A stretch of DNA of 64,000 nt from Sphyrna mokarran (lineage: Eukaryota): NCBI GenBank assembly GCA_024679065.1, contig JAGIQG010000004.1, positions 130,634,001 through 130,698,000 on the forward strand. Direction: 5' to 3'. Below, one piece after another: positions 1-13,111 of this stretch. The notes beneath the pieces were generated by a model that was not told where the DNA came from, ran no database searches, and worked only from the letters and a program-made list of their open reading frames with translations. Every line of letters starts with the position of its first letter. The stretch's first letter is position 1. The position numbers and the translations under genes are program-made.

Positions 1-84
1 TCCCATTTCACAGAACTTTAGGCAAGTGAATTCTGCAGATTTTTAATAGATTCAAAGGTTTTACATTATTTTAGCATACATTAC

Positions 85-193
85 CTCACATTACTCTCAT
101 CATTGAACTCTTCAGCCCATTTTTTTCTTGTTTGTGCACTTGTAGAACCATCCATTCGATAGTAATCTACATTTCTGTACCATTTCCCAGTAC
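85..193 (-). CDS. ATRX: ATRX exon (human exon 28 equivalent): (G)TGKWYRNVDYYRMDGSTSAQTRKKWAEEFNDESNVR, helicase C-lobe
   Basis: Manual translation matches ATRX GEGKWLRNIDYYRLDGSTTAQSRKKWAEEFND. Acceptor ttgcag| and donor |gtaat; 109 bp; phase 1 to 2. Confidence 0.96.
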
Positions 194-1309
194 CTGCAAT
201 TTGAAATATTTATTGTAAATGGAATATCCTTTTAATGAAGGCTCTATTCATAAAAATGAAATGCAAATGTTCTTCAGCAACCAAACTTGCTCAGGAATTC
301 CAGATGAATTTTTAATCTAGGGTCAGAACAATAGCACAATTGTTGCAGCAGTGTTATTCATCTTTGTGGGACCGCAGACATCAGAGTTCTCAAGTGTGCA
401 GATGGGGGAGGGAGTGGGAGTCAAAAAGAAAAGCTAGTTGGCAGTCACAGCACCTTTCAGTCACAGTTGGTGCATTTGCAAAATCAGGAAAAAGTCATGG
501 GTGACTGAGAAACAAAAATCTTGACTGGGTTTGCAGTGCCACTCTAATAAATATATATTTATCAAAGAGAAAAAATGAATCCGACCATTTGACAAACACT
601 TCCATTTTAGAGGCCAATATTTTTGTAGTGCAACACACATTTATAAATATACACAGGAGAAAATAAAAAGGGCAAAAACAGCTTCAAGAATTTAGGTAGA
701 TCACCAGCTGGTCAAAGCACAGAAACCTACAGAAAAATAGACAATGAAAGTACTCAGCAGATCTGCAGCATAAAGAGAAAAAGTTAACACTGGAGATCTG
801 TGATTTTTTTAACTTCATGGCAGTGTCTTGTTATTGGAAAACCCCATTTAAGCTGACATTGCATCACAGCATGAAACAGCTAACTTCATCTGCTGCTACA
901 CTGGGAGCAAGAATCTATGAATTTTGAAGCCAGTGCTATACTACATATATCTCTATGTCCCACCAACTAGTGAATCATAACAGCATGGCACTCAACAAAT
1001 CAAACTTGCAAAATCCAGAACATAATATCTAATATTAGATTTGGTTCCTCAATTGGACGCCATCTGCTGAACAATTATGAGTGCGCTAAGAATTACATTA
1101 AAACCAATTTAAGTTTACTTATCAGGCTTGCAATGTCACTCAGTTACATCGAAGCCACATGTATTCATATGCAAGGACCTGTTCCCTACAAACATTCCCC
1201 GCCACAGTATACTCAGGTTCTGTACAACCAAACAACTATTTTAATCATTTAGTATTTTTTCTCGCTGGACAAATAAAGGGTTGAAAAGCTCTCATCTCAT
1301 TCTTGATAA

Positions 1310-1654
1310 GAATGATCGAAACATATGATTAGAGGTTTAGATAGGGTGGACAGTGATAGCCTTTTTCCTAGGATGGAAAAAGCTAGCACGAGGGGACACA
1401 GCTTTAAATTAAGGGGTGATAGTTATAGGACGGATATCAGAGGCAGGTTCTTTACCCAAAGGGTGGTTCGGGAGTGGAATGCCCTGCCTGCAGCGGTTGT
1501 AGATGCGCCAAGTTTGGTGGCGTTTAAGAGGTTAATTGATAAGTATACGGAAGAGAAGGGAATGGTTTAGTTTGGAGGGGCATTGCTTTTTATACTGGTC
1601 GGCGCAACATCGAAGGCCGAAGGGCCTGTTCTGTGCTGTAATGTTCTATGTTTT
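1310..1654 (+). mobile_element. CR1 LINE 3' fragment
   Basis: ORF 1325..1570 (RGHSFKL...FFTQRVV..WNALP) is the CR1 ORF2 C-terminus; tail ggccgaagggcctgttctgtgctgtaatgttctatg. Confidence 0.92.
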
Positions 1655-4579
1655 AAGAGAATTTCTTGTGTTTTACAACTGAATCTTTCAAGTGTACAAC
1701 TATCCAGGTCACAGGAAGTTCAAACTTCAATGGTTCCAGTGACCTAATTAAATACAATTTCATAACTTTGCTTTTGTGTACAATGCCTGCATGGGTGTAT
1801 GCATACGGCAGAGAAAGCAATTTGGTCTTTTTACATACAACTTTTTTTTTTAAACCTATGCTACCATCTAATGTTCATAGGTCCCTATGCAGTTTCATCT
1901 GGATAGTAATCTTACCTTTTACAAGTTGACCCCACATCTTTCCACAACAAACTTCCTTTTAAGCCACTACTCCAATCAACTTCTCTGAACACTCTTGTAA
2001 TTCCCACGCATTTTTTCCATCCATGCAGCTACATTCATCTTAATACTCTGCCTTAAATTTCTAACTTTAGTAAATACCTGATGCTTCAAAATATTCAATG
2101 CATTTCCTTCATTCAAACACCAATTTCCTTTAAATCAACTGAATTTTTCAAGTCTTTACACATGTATATCACAATACCACTTAGTTTTCATTAAGCTCAT
2201 GTATAACCAGGCCACATTAAGTGGCCTATACTTTCTCAGCTTACTGTTCTTCAGGAAGTCTAAAGTCTTGTCAAGTTTAACTATTCCAAAAAACTGCATC
2301 GTTTCTAAAATAGATCACTCATCATACCATTACTAAACATGCTTGATAATCTACTTCTCTCAAAATCAAAACAGAAGTGTAAGAACAAGGCTGAGGATAC
2401 AGAAGAGACTATTGGCTGCCATTTAGCCCATAAAGTATATTTGATTTCAGCTTGAAGAAAAATATTTTAATGAAAACTGTAGTGTTCAATAATTTTAGTT
2501 CAGTAGCAGAAAACTAAAAAATGGAATCCGTTATTTTTAACTGTTACATAAACACTTGTGAATATTGATTAGAACAAAAACAGTTACTACAGTAAACAGA
2601 GTTTTGTCCTGATGTCTTGCCTTCAGAACAATGCAAGGTTTTTCTTTAAACACATTTAGAAACAGGACTTCTACTGCCTATTTCAATTTGAACAAAGAAT
2701 GATTTGGTAAAAAGATTGATATTTAACAACTTAACAGGAAAAAATTCAAAGGTTAACAATTTCTTTGAAAGTTAGCATAACAGCCAATACAAAAGGCTTA
2801 CATTCAGTAAACAAAGGGGAAAATACTTTGGGAGCACTTCTTATTTAAAAATCTGGTAAAAAAATTGGTAAAGCCTTGTATATAAAAATTATTTTTTCAT
2901 CAGCAGAAACCGGCCACATTAGGTTACCTTAGTATCATGTTGCTCCTGAAATATCAATAATAGGGACAAGTCCATGTATCTCAGAGAAGTTCTATTGATT
3001 AGAAGGTAATATTAGACCACACTGGCAACACTAGATTACTGCTCATCATTCTAAAGTCATGCCTTTCTGCTTTAATTCAACTGCCAAGCCAGAGTCTTAA
3101 AGTTTTGAAAATTGTAAAATCATTTTATATTTGTACTATTTTCACTGATATTTTCATCAAATCAGTACAGCAATCACTATTGTTCAACTGTTGTTGGTAA
3201 GTGAAAAAAATGAGGGTTAAGTACTCTACAGGAAAAGGTGCTTCAAACTTAATAAGTCACACCTCAGGGATGAATGATAAAGCATTGCTCACATTAGCTC
3301 ACTGCAAAACTTCTTGAATGATAACTGTTAGCAGTCATTGAAAAACTTGTCACTGCACCTTTCTACCCCTCACCTTTAAAACAGGGAAATAAAGCAATCA
3401 AATTTTAGCTAAAAAAATTTTAAAGATAGCACCTAAAACGAGTCAATAATAAAATGCCTGCATAGTTTTTTTTTAAACTACATTAAGTTCATTAACTAGC
3501 AACTTACTTGAGAGAAATGTCCTGCAATTCTTTTACAACTTACAATCAGACTTCATTAAAATCTAAAGACCACAGTTGCAGTCAGATCAGATAGAATCTT
3601 TACAGTGCAGGAGGTTGCCATTCAACTCATTGAACCTGCACAGATAATAATCCCACCCAGGCCCCATCCTCCTTACGGCAAGGCCTTTAATCATTGTAGT
3701 CTTAAAGTTATATGCTCAACTTTTCAATTGATAGGAACTTAAATAGGAAAATACAACCTAATCTTTCAAGTTAAAAATCATCTTATATTTATCTTTGTAT
3801 AAAAGTCAATTTCAAAAGACAAAACACATTTAACCTCCCAAATTACCACATTAACCCTACTTTCTTATTCCCCCACGTGCAGAGCCTCAATTACTAAGCA
3901 ACAATCTATCCCAGACAAATTGCATCCCCAAAGTAATGCTTTCAGAAATCAAACTTCTAAGGTCTAATCACTATAGAACTGAAATGCAGAACAGCTGCAG
4001 TTTAATTATGTTGTGAAACAACACTACCTAATGCCAGATGTACAAAAAAAAGTACAGCTGATTGCTGCAGGCACTGGTTAACTAACCTTTAATTCATTGG
4101 GGTTAAAGTTTATTTATTCAATATGAATGTAGAATGCATTAAGTTCCTTCTGGGTGACATCCGGAAGTTGTAATGCTAGTTGATGGATTATGGGAAACCA
4201 CAAAATTGATGATGCTGAACACAGCACTATTTTGAAATGAGAACACTGCCGACTGGCATAACATGAAAGAAACCAGATATATCCATGTACACTTACAGTT
4301 CGCACTCAGTATACATTTACAGGCAATGTTCACATTGCTTTTCAGATAGTTGATTAAAGAATGGAAACCAACTGATTCCCGCTTCAAAAATTAAGCACGT
4401 GACCATGCAAATACAGGATATCCAAATGGTAAACATCTCTACTTTACCAGTAGTAGAAGTAGCAGTAGTGTGCACAGGTCCATTAACAAGAGACTATCCA
4501 GGGTATGGAGACACTACTGATCTTAAACAGTAGAATCTCATTTAAATAAAACTAGCCATGAGAGTATGAGGAGACACAA

Positions 4580-5560
4580 GCATAGTGTTACATCAGTGGA
4601 CTAAATTCTACCAATCTATTGGAATTTAAATTCAATTAATAAATCTAGAATAAAAAGTTATTTATCAGTAACGGTGACCATGAAACTATTACTGATTGTT
4701 ACAAAAGCCCATCTGAATCACCAATGTCCTTTAGTGAAGGAAATCTGCCGTCCTTACCTGGTTAGGACTACAAGTGACTCCAAATAGATTCTTAAATGCC
4801 CTCCTTGTAAGCCACCCAAATGTACCATACCCCACTGCAGAAAAGTCAAAAAAGAATTAAACTGGACTACCTGGCATTAGCCAAGGCACCAGAAATAGCA
4901 CATTCAGCTTTGTTGAAAATAAAGTCTTCCTTATTAATATCTGGGGGCTTTTGCCAAAACATGGAGAGCTATCCCACAGACTAATCAATCCTGAAATGGT
5001 CATACCGATTGAATCACATCTTACAGACAACACCCGTGACACCTAACACATGCCTGTCAGACTGGATTCATCACAGGTAGTGGCACATGGTGAGGGAGAA
5101 GAAAGCCCTCACCATTTAGTCTGGAAATGTGAAAGTTGCCCAGAGAATGTCCTATCCACAAAAAGCATGACACATTTAACTCGGCCAAATATCAACACAC
5201 TAATCTACTCTCAGTCAGGTATTGTCAACAGTGCTATCAAGCAACCTTTATTCAGTGTTAACTTGCTTACTCATTCAGTTTTGACATTACCATGACTAAA
5301 TGCCCTGCAAGATTCTGGTGGTTACCATCAACCAGAAACTTAACCGAAGCAGCCTTATAAATGCTGATCAAGAGGTCAGAGGCTGGGAATTCTACAGCAA
5401 GTAACCCACTTCCCACAAAGCCTGTGCTTTAACCACAAAATACAAGCCAGAAGCATGATGGAAAATCTCAACCTGTCTAGAGGAGTTGTTTCACCAATGT
5501 TTAGGAAGCTTGACACTATTCGGGACAAAGCAACCTCCTTGACTGGCACCACCTATTATT
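4580..5560 (+). mobile_element. Decayed tRNA-headed repeat continuing into an L2/CR1-type LINE remnant
   Basis: Block aatgtcctttagtgaaggaaatctgccgtccttacctgg...gtgactcc recurs at ~31760-32700; LINE-like remnants follow. Family not assigned. Confidence 0.6.
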
Positions 5561-6689
5561 TTACAGATTCAATCTCCATCAATCAAGATGTATGTTTCTG
5601 CACTTGCTCATTCTACACAAATGTTTTCTCCTCAAACTATCTTTTGCTATTATGTTCTGGATTGAAGACATACAAATATACCAAAAGGACCAACAGATTC
5701 ACCAATGCACAACTTTTAATTCTTCACACTACATTCCCAAAATAATGGTGGCAATTCACAGGGGAGGCGAAAAATGCTCCTCTTGGAACAAATCTGCAAG
5801 ACTGGGGACACAATTGTGTTTAAGATATACACACCCCCAACATACTAGAGTAAATTTTTGCTTTTACCCACAAAAGGGAGATTTTTAATCAAGGTTTAAA
5901 ACTAGTACGGTGATTCTTCAGATGGTTACAACACGTACATAGAATACTTCAAGTGGAATCAGAAAGAGATTATGTTGCATTTCACTTTTATTCAGTAAAA
6001 TCACAGCTACAACCAGTCCTACACATTGGTCACAAGGCTCAAGGAAAATCTATTTGCACTGCTTTCAGTGATCTATAATATTTTCAACCCAGTAGCCAGA
6101 TAGTGCTCATTAAGCTGTCAATTATGGGTATCTGTAATCAAATAACACATTTTATCTATAACATATGCTCCAACTCCATTATTTACATAATGGTAAATGA
6201 GAGATTCAATCATGCCATGAATTACTTGTTTGGAAGTGGTCCCAGGAAAGCTTTGTCCAGAAACCACACTAAATGGCATCCTTTCCAATGATCAAAGATG
6301 GCATAAAAGACAGAATGAGTGCCTCTAATCTTGTGGTTTCTGAAAAAATTTGCACTGCTGCCTTTCACTGATCTTGGTCTAGATTTCAAAGACAGTGGCA
6401 AAGTGATAGTGTTAGCTACTGATCTCAAAAGGGAGCTGCCCACAAAGACCTCACAGTCTCCAGAGGGACTGCCCCTCTTGACATTAGTTTGAATGTGGGG
6501 CCAAGTCAACCTCTCCAGACACTATCAAGCAGAGAAAGGAATCAATCACATTGAAGTATGTGCAAGCTGCAAACCAGGAAGCAAAACTGAATCCTTACCA
6601 AAGGGGAGAGTAGAAAAACATCTAGAAATTAGACGTATATAACAAAATTACCATCATGGATTTCAAAAGGGAAATTAACCATACTGAAT

Positions 6690-8620
6690 TTGAGGTGGCC
6701 AGAGAGTAGACAGTGACAATGCAAATGTAATTTATCCAGATCTTCAAAACGTTTTTATAAATAGATTTATGAACAAGGTAGAAATGTGGAAATCAGGGGA
6801 GAAGTGGTAGAATGGATTGCTTGCTGGTTTCAGAACAGAATGCAGAGTGCAGGAAAAAGGATAGTCATTCAGAATGATGGGATAGCGGGAAGTAATGTTC
6901 CATAAGGAGCAACATTGAACACCAATGTTCAAAACACATTAACAGTCAAAAATAATTTTAAAAAAAGCAGATGACTATACTGCAGAAGGATTGCAGCAAA
7001 TTACGAGAGGATATTAATAAACCAGCAGTATGGGCAAATAAAGTTCACAGATAAAATATGAGATAGTATATTTTACTAACAATAATAAGATCACTTATTA
7101 TTTGGAGGGTGCCAGTCTAGGTTGGGAAGAGAAATAAAGGAATTATGAGAGTATAAATACATCAATAACTAAAAATTGTGCCACAGGGAAAATTAGACCC
7201 CACGTGGGAGAAGGGAATAGACAGACATGGCAGCAAATTTGGATCAGAAAGGAGGCTTGAATGGAGCACGAACACTGGCAAGGCCGATTGCATCAAAGGA
7301 CTGTTTCTGTGTTACCTATCTATGCATGTAATTTTATGAAATGATCAGACAGGGGGATAGATGTTATATCAAATGCTTTTTGGAAGTCCATATAAAATCC
7401 TTACAAAAAGACAGATTTCTTAGCTGCAGTTCTTGAATTGAAAGCACTTAGTTAGAAAACCGGGTGCATCAAAAGAGACAGGAAGTTGGAATAAAGAGCA
7501 AGTAGCCTAATTGGAAGTTCATGATAAAGGACATTCTGCAAGAATCCTATTCATCATATTCATTACTGGCTTAGATGAAGGGAGAGAAACTAACATACCC
7601 AAATGTGTCAATGACATGGATATAGATGGCATCATTAACAGAATGAATGGAACTAAGATATAAAAACATTCAATTAATGGATGACGTGCAAACGGATTAT
7701 AGATGGGCAACTGTAAGGTCATTCATTTTGGATATAAAGAGAAGCGTACTAAATGTTGAAAAGCTACAAACAGTGGAAGTTCAAAGGAACTTGAAGGATC
7801 ATGTATGTAGATAAAAACAGGGGGCATGACCAAAAAAATTAGTGGAATTTTGAGCTTTATATTTAGATTATTAGAAAGAGAAGAATTCTTCAGTTATCCA
7901 GGGTCCTGGTTCAGCCACACAAGGAACATTTCCAGGTACCATGCCTAGAGAAGAATGTATTGACATTGGAGTGCAGTGTATATTTACCAAAACCTTACTT
8001 GAACTTCAATGGCTTGATTACAAGAGTTCAATTCTTGTTCCTATTTTAAATGGGAGGCCCCTTGTTTTTCATCTGTGCCCAAGTCCTTGAATGGAGCATG
8101 AACACTGGCAAGGCCGATTGCATCAAAGGACTGTTTCTGTGTTACCTATCTATGCATGTAATTTTATGAAATGATCAGACAGGGGGATAGATGTTATATC
8201 AAATGCTTTTTGGAAGTCCATATAAAATCCTTACAAAAAGACAGATTTCTTAGCTGCAGTTCTTGAATTGCACAAGGGAGAACATCCTTTCCGCATGCAC
8301 TGTCAAGTCCCCTCAAGGTTTCATATTTCAATAAGATCACAACTCATTTTCTAAACTCCGACAGGAGAAATAACCTGATTTCTCATAAGATCTCCCTTAT
8401 CCAGGAACCAGTCAAGTGAACGATCTCTGAATTGGTTCTAACGCAGTTATGTTCTGTGAATAAGGAAACCAAATTTGCACACAGCATTTGAGATATGGTT
8501 ACATCAATACACTAAAACTGCAGCAAGTCCTCCCTAATTTTATACAAAAGGCAACATTACGATTAGCTTCCTAATCACTTGCTGTATCTACATATCAACT
8601 TTGTGCTAGATGTTTTCTTG
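6690..8620. mobile_element. Cluster of old CR1 remnants (+ strand to ~8020, - strand ~8020-8620)
   Basis: Degenerate RT-region nucleotide motifs typical of CR1; no intact ORF. Confidence 0.65.
7256..8270 (+). repeat. 185-bp near-perfect direct duplication (7256-7440 and 8086-8270)
   Basis: Both copies read cttgaatggagca(c/t)gaacactggcaagg...gcagttcttgaattg; one mismatch seen by eye. Confidence 0.95.
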
Positions 8621-9157
8621 TAAGACAACAAACTGTTGTACATCTTGAAAATTGCAAATATGAAGCATTGAAAAAGTTAAAATTTTAGGAAGAAAAACTA
8701 ACCCAATGAAGCAGAGGCTGTAAAGTTTAGTGCTGTTGCATTGAATGAACATTTTAGATTCTCTTATTGATTCTAATCTGTGTTCAATTATGTTAAGGTT
8801 TTTACTCAAAGCTAATACCTGGAACTTGGAAGTTATGGCCCATTATGTTGAAAAATAAATGCTTAATCGTTGAAAACACAATGAGCAAGAACAGGTAGAT
8901 AAACTGAGTATCAAATAATATGTTGAAACAACAAAGTTTAATTTCAACACAAACACCAAAAAGTCCCAGGAAATACATTTCAATATTAAGTCTCGTGTGC
9001 ATTACAGATTTATTTATTTGCTAACAATTTAAAATAAAACTTCTTGGCTAAGAGTGGTACACATTCTTCAATTCAGGATACAAAAATTCAGGGCAGCCCG
9101 CAGGATTATGTGTAGCATCTGAACTATAAATTGAGGAAAGAATGAATTTAAAATTAC

Positions 9158-9258
9158 CTTTATAAATTTCAGATTTGTTTTCTGACTTTTCCCTGTTTGC
9201 CATCTCCAGAAAATCTTCTATTAAATCCAATGATATGAGGGACTGGCTAAAAACAAGT
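9158..9258 (-). CDS. ATRX: ATRX exon (exon 27 equivalent): LVFSQSLISLDLIEDFLEMANREKSENKSEIYK(G)
   Basis: Within ORF 9048..9326; helicase motif IV LVFSQS; tttcag| and |gtaatt; 101 bp. Confidence 0.96.
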
Positions 9259-10569
9259 CTGAAATAGGATATATATAAAAATGTTATTGCATCCAACAAA
9301 GAAAAAAGAATGCCAATTCTACTCAATTACATTCAACTTCTTGATTATTTTAGAACCTTCTAGCATATTCCATTACTAGAACACTCTGGGGATGGGGATG
9401 GGGGTGGGGGCAGGGTGGACAAGGGGAGGGGAGTTGTGGAATGGAAGAAAAAGGATTGTTGTAAATCAATTGATATTTTTCCACCAAGGCTAAAGATAGA
9501 AACTTGTTGCTATAAATGTTTTTCGGTACTTAGTTTACCTCAGAAATGAGTGAGCAAAATTACTTCCAATATTTCGAATGTTACCTGGGGAAAGATGTCT
9601 AATCAAGCAAAGCAGCGTAACTTTTACTGCCACCTACATCTGTCATTCCGGTTTTCAGAAACAATTCAATTTGAGGTTACTTGGACTTCAATTTAAACAC
9701 TTCAAGACATTGGATAAGGTAATACATAGAACAGCTGCAGTTTTACAAAGAACTCAATCTATAAATATGCACTCAATAAATCCACAGGGAAATGCAATAT
9801 AATTTTCAACCCCAAATGCCAGACCAAATAATTCTTGACTTTATATACGCAAGACTGGAAACTGTGTGCCTTTCAAGCTGATGGTAGGGGATTTGAGCCC
9901 AAGGACAACCCGTCACTTGAGCACTTCTGCTGCAGCCTTGGAGCGTGCTCTGACGAGTTCTTGGAGCGCTCACTAGATATAGCAGATACAGTGCCACATC
10001 ACCCCAACATAATACACTTTAGGAGATGAGGAACTAAAATAGGCAGTTAACACTTATTAGCCCAAAAGGACTTTTAACTTTTAAACATAATATAACTTTC
10101 ACACACTTCAAGGCATTTAAGACCTTGAAAGAAAGATTCTGAGCGTGAGTGCAAGAGCTCAAGAAAAATTCCATTTTTCTACAGTTTTAGATGTATTCCT
10201 CATTTACAAAATGTGTAGAAAGCAGTATTCTTTTAACATAGAAAACTGTTGTACATCTTAAAATTGCAAACACAAATGTTGAGCTCACATCAAATTAATA
10301 TTTGGTATATTGAAAGATTATCACTATTGAAATAAAATGAACTGCAAGACAAGGGATAGAAAGAGTATGTGTCCAGCCATGAAATTCTTAGAAATAAAAG
10401 ACTGACCCAATAAGCAGAAGCTGTAAGGTTAGTGCTGTTGCTACTCTGATTGAACATTTTAGATTGCCTTATTGACCGTAATGTGTGTTCTATTGCATTT
10501 TAGCATTTTTACTTCTATTACACTCTTTTACTGTTCTTCAGTCACCCAAATGGAAAACCCAGACACAAA

Positions 10570-11095
10570 CGTGAATTGAATAGGTCTATATACATCTCAA
10601 ATTTCCATAGATTGGGTCAATGATAATGTATAGCTGTGAAAACTGGAACATTTAGAAAAATGACAAGGCTCAAATAAAGATATTCAAAATATAAAATTCT
10701 AACAGGATTAGACAGGGCAGATGAGCAAGAAAGCTGGTATTAAAGGGGAACTTGTTTGGGGCAATAATAACAAAGAAGCTCAAATATTTTGGACACATGT
10801 TGTGAAAAGTATGGTTAGTGTTTGGAAAAAGATCATGATAGGCAAAACACCTGAAAAACATGCACAAGGAAAACCCAGACTGGCACATATGGATAATATC
10901 ACAACTTGGACCAGCCTGTCTTGGGAACAGCCAGCGGGGACAATAAAGTAAAAGATTCAGCTTCAGGACAGATCCTTGAGCCCTCCAAGCCCATGCCAAT
11001 GATGAAACCTAATTAAACTAAATAAAGGATAGTAATCAGTGAGAAAGATGTTCACAGTGCAGCCAATCTTTGGGAATAAGAACGGATGAAAGACA
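10570..11095 (+). mobile_element. RTE-clade LINE 3' fragment
   Basis: Frame-shifted YSCENW, KLKYFGH, IMIGKTPEKHAQGKPRLAHMDNITTWT resemble the RTE C-terminus. Confidence 0.75.
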
Positions 11096-11471
11096 AAAAC
11101 ATTTATTGCAATTTAGCAATTTTGATGCACTTTTCATTCTTTTTGTCATTTGCAATTAAATCTCCAAATTGATAAACAATCTAATTAATTCTATTGCACT
11201 CCCAATGTACTCTGAATTGTTAATGACCAATTTAACTGTTTCCTTGATAAATGCACCATGTCACAGCAGACAATTTTAACCAGAACTTTTTGGGAGCTTT
11301 GCAAAGTTGACATGGACTACTAAAGAATTTCACAGTATGAAAAGAGTGTAGTGGATTTTAAGACATAAATTAGCATTAATTGATACCTTTCTCAAGAACA
11401 GCTGTAAAGAAAAAAGCTTTCCATAAGACAAGAAAAACAGAGGTGTTTTTAATGGAGTACTGTTAACTCAC

Positions 11472-11625
11472 ACTTTGTCTCCAATTGCTTCAGACATGTA
11501 CAAAATTTCAAACAAAAGGACCATTTTCCCAGAATGCTGCAATATTTCTGCATCAGCATCGCTGATGAACTCTTTGTACCAATCTGCAGCAGGGCTACCT
11601 GGGTTGGAACCAGTGGATGGCTTTG
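11472..11625 (-). CDS. ATRX: ATRX exon (exon 26 equivalent): AKPSTGSNPGSPAADWYKEFISDADAEILQHSGKMVLLFEILYMSEAIGDKV
   Basis: ORF 11468..11656; HSGKMVLL motif; tacag| and |gtgagt; 154 bp. Confidence 0.96.
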
Positions 11626-12010
11626 CTGTATGGAATAGGAAAAAACAAACAGACATGGAGCATTTTAATAAAATTAGAAGTCAGTCATGAAATGCAACAC
11701 GTTTACATTGCAAACATTTTATCCATAACTAACATTTAATATGAAAATGTGAAAACATTAAAGATTTGAAAACAACTCATTGTGGGGAGTTTTCAAACTC
11801 CTGCAAGTCCCAGGCATTTCAGTAGAAACATTAAATAATGATCTTTAGTTCTGTGGCAGTTAAAGATAAATCATACCAAGCCAATTAACTCTATTTACAT
11901 AAATTTACTGTACTGTTTTGTCGATTAAAACTAACTTTCATAGTAAAACGTGCACAGCAAGTTGTTTAAAAATGAGGTGATACTAGCCAAACGAAGAACC
12001 CAATTCCTAC

Positions 12011-12174
12011 CGTCATCTACTTTTGGAGCAGTAGACTCTCCAGATTTGTCTTCTGTACTGGCTTCTCCTCCACCACGTGACCTCGAATTCCAGACTTTGA
12101 TCACTTCCACATCATTGTCACTGCCACTCTCCTTTGAGCTGCTATCATCTTTCTTTCCCTTTTTTTTCTTTTTC
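12011..12174 (-). CDS. ATRX: ATRX exon (exon 25 equivalent): KKKKKGKKDDSSSKESGSDNDVEVIKVWNSRSRGGGEASTEDKSGESTAPKVDD
   Basis: ORF 11931..12293; GSDNDVEVIKVWNSRSRGGGE matches ATRX; tttag| and |gtagg; 164 bp. Confidence 0.95.
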
Positions 12175-12787
12175 CTAAATTTAATCAGAGCAATCAATTT
12201 AGCATGCAATTTTTGTAAGTTACAACTGCTACCGTAACACTTAGTTAGATTCTGCTGATAATACCACACTGTATAAAGGAGCATATTTTTCAACTCATCA
12301 ATAGCAATACAAAAATGGAAATTACTTGTTAAAAGGACAGCCCAGTCTACAAAGTAAAATGAAGATGAATGTATTGAAACATATGAATGATTTAACCTCT
12401 GTTAAACAAACTAACGCATTCACTTAAAACATCTCCAAACTTATTTGCCAAGACTCTTTTGGAAATTCATTTTCCATACCCATTTTCCAAGACCCAGCAT
12501 TTTACTTAGGACTTTTTCTTGGTTGCCTTGCATGTTGCTCAAAACAGCTGAATGCATCTTTTTTGAAGGTGTTAAGGTGCAAAATTATACTTCAATTATA
12601 AACAGTTTCATCCCCATTTTAGTCAAATGCCAATGCCAAAATGTAAACTGGATTAGAGAGAGATGATGACCACACAATTGCGTAGAAACATCTCTTCTCA
12701 GATCTGAAAACAAATTCAGTTACTACTACACAAAGGGAAAATAATCCAACAAGTCATATCATATTTTCTTCACAATCAGCTATATAT

Positions 12788-13111
12788 GGGCAACACACTG
12801 GCACGTAATTAGCACTGCTGCCTCAGAGTGACATCTACCATGGTTCAATTCCAATCTTGGGACACTGTGTGGAGTTTCCATGTGTCTGCGTGGGTTTCCT
12901 TCTGGTGCTCCAGTTTCCTCCCATGCACCAAAGATGGGCAGGTTATGTTGCTATGCTAAATTACCCTTTAGTGACCAGAGATGTGGGAGTTGGAGGATTT
13001 GTGGGGTAAATATTTGGGCTTAGAGGTATTGGGCCTGGACAAGTTGCTCTGTTAGAGAAAGTTGGTGTAGATTCAGTGGGCTAAAATACCTTCCACACTA
13101 TAGGGACTCTA
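12788..13111 (+). mobile_element. HE1-like V-SINE (tRNA head, V domain)
   Basis: ttagcactgctgcctca, ggttcaattcc B-box, V core tgtgtggagttt...gcgtgggtttcc...ggtgctccagtttcctccca. Confidence 0.88.

Noticed and set aside
12788-12860. tRNA genes at SINE heads (also ~35535, ~55470, ~62790)
   Set aside because: These are degenerate tRNA-derived heads joined to V-SINE bodies, with no complete cloverleaf.
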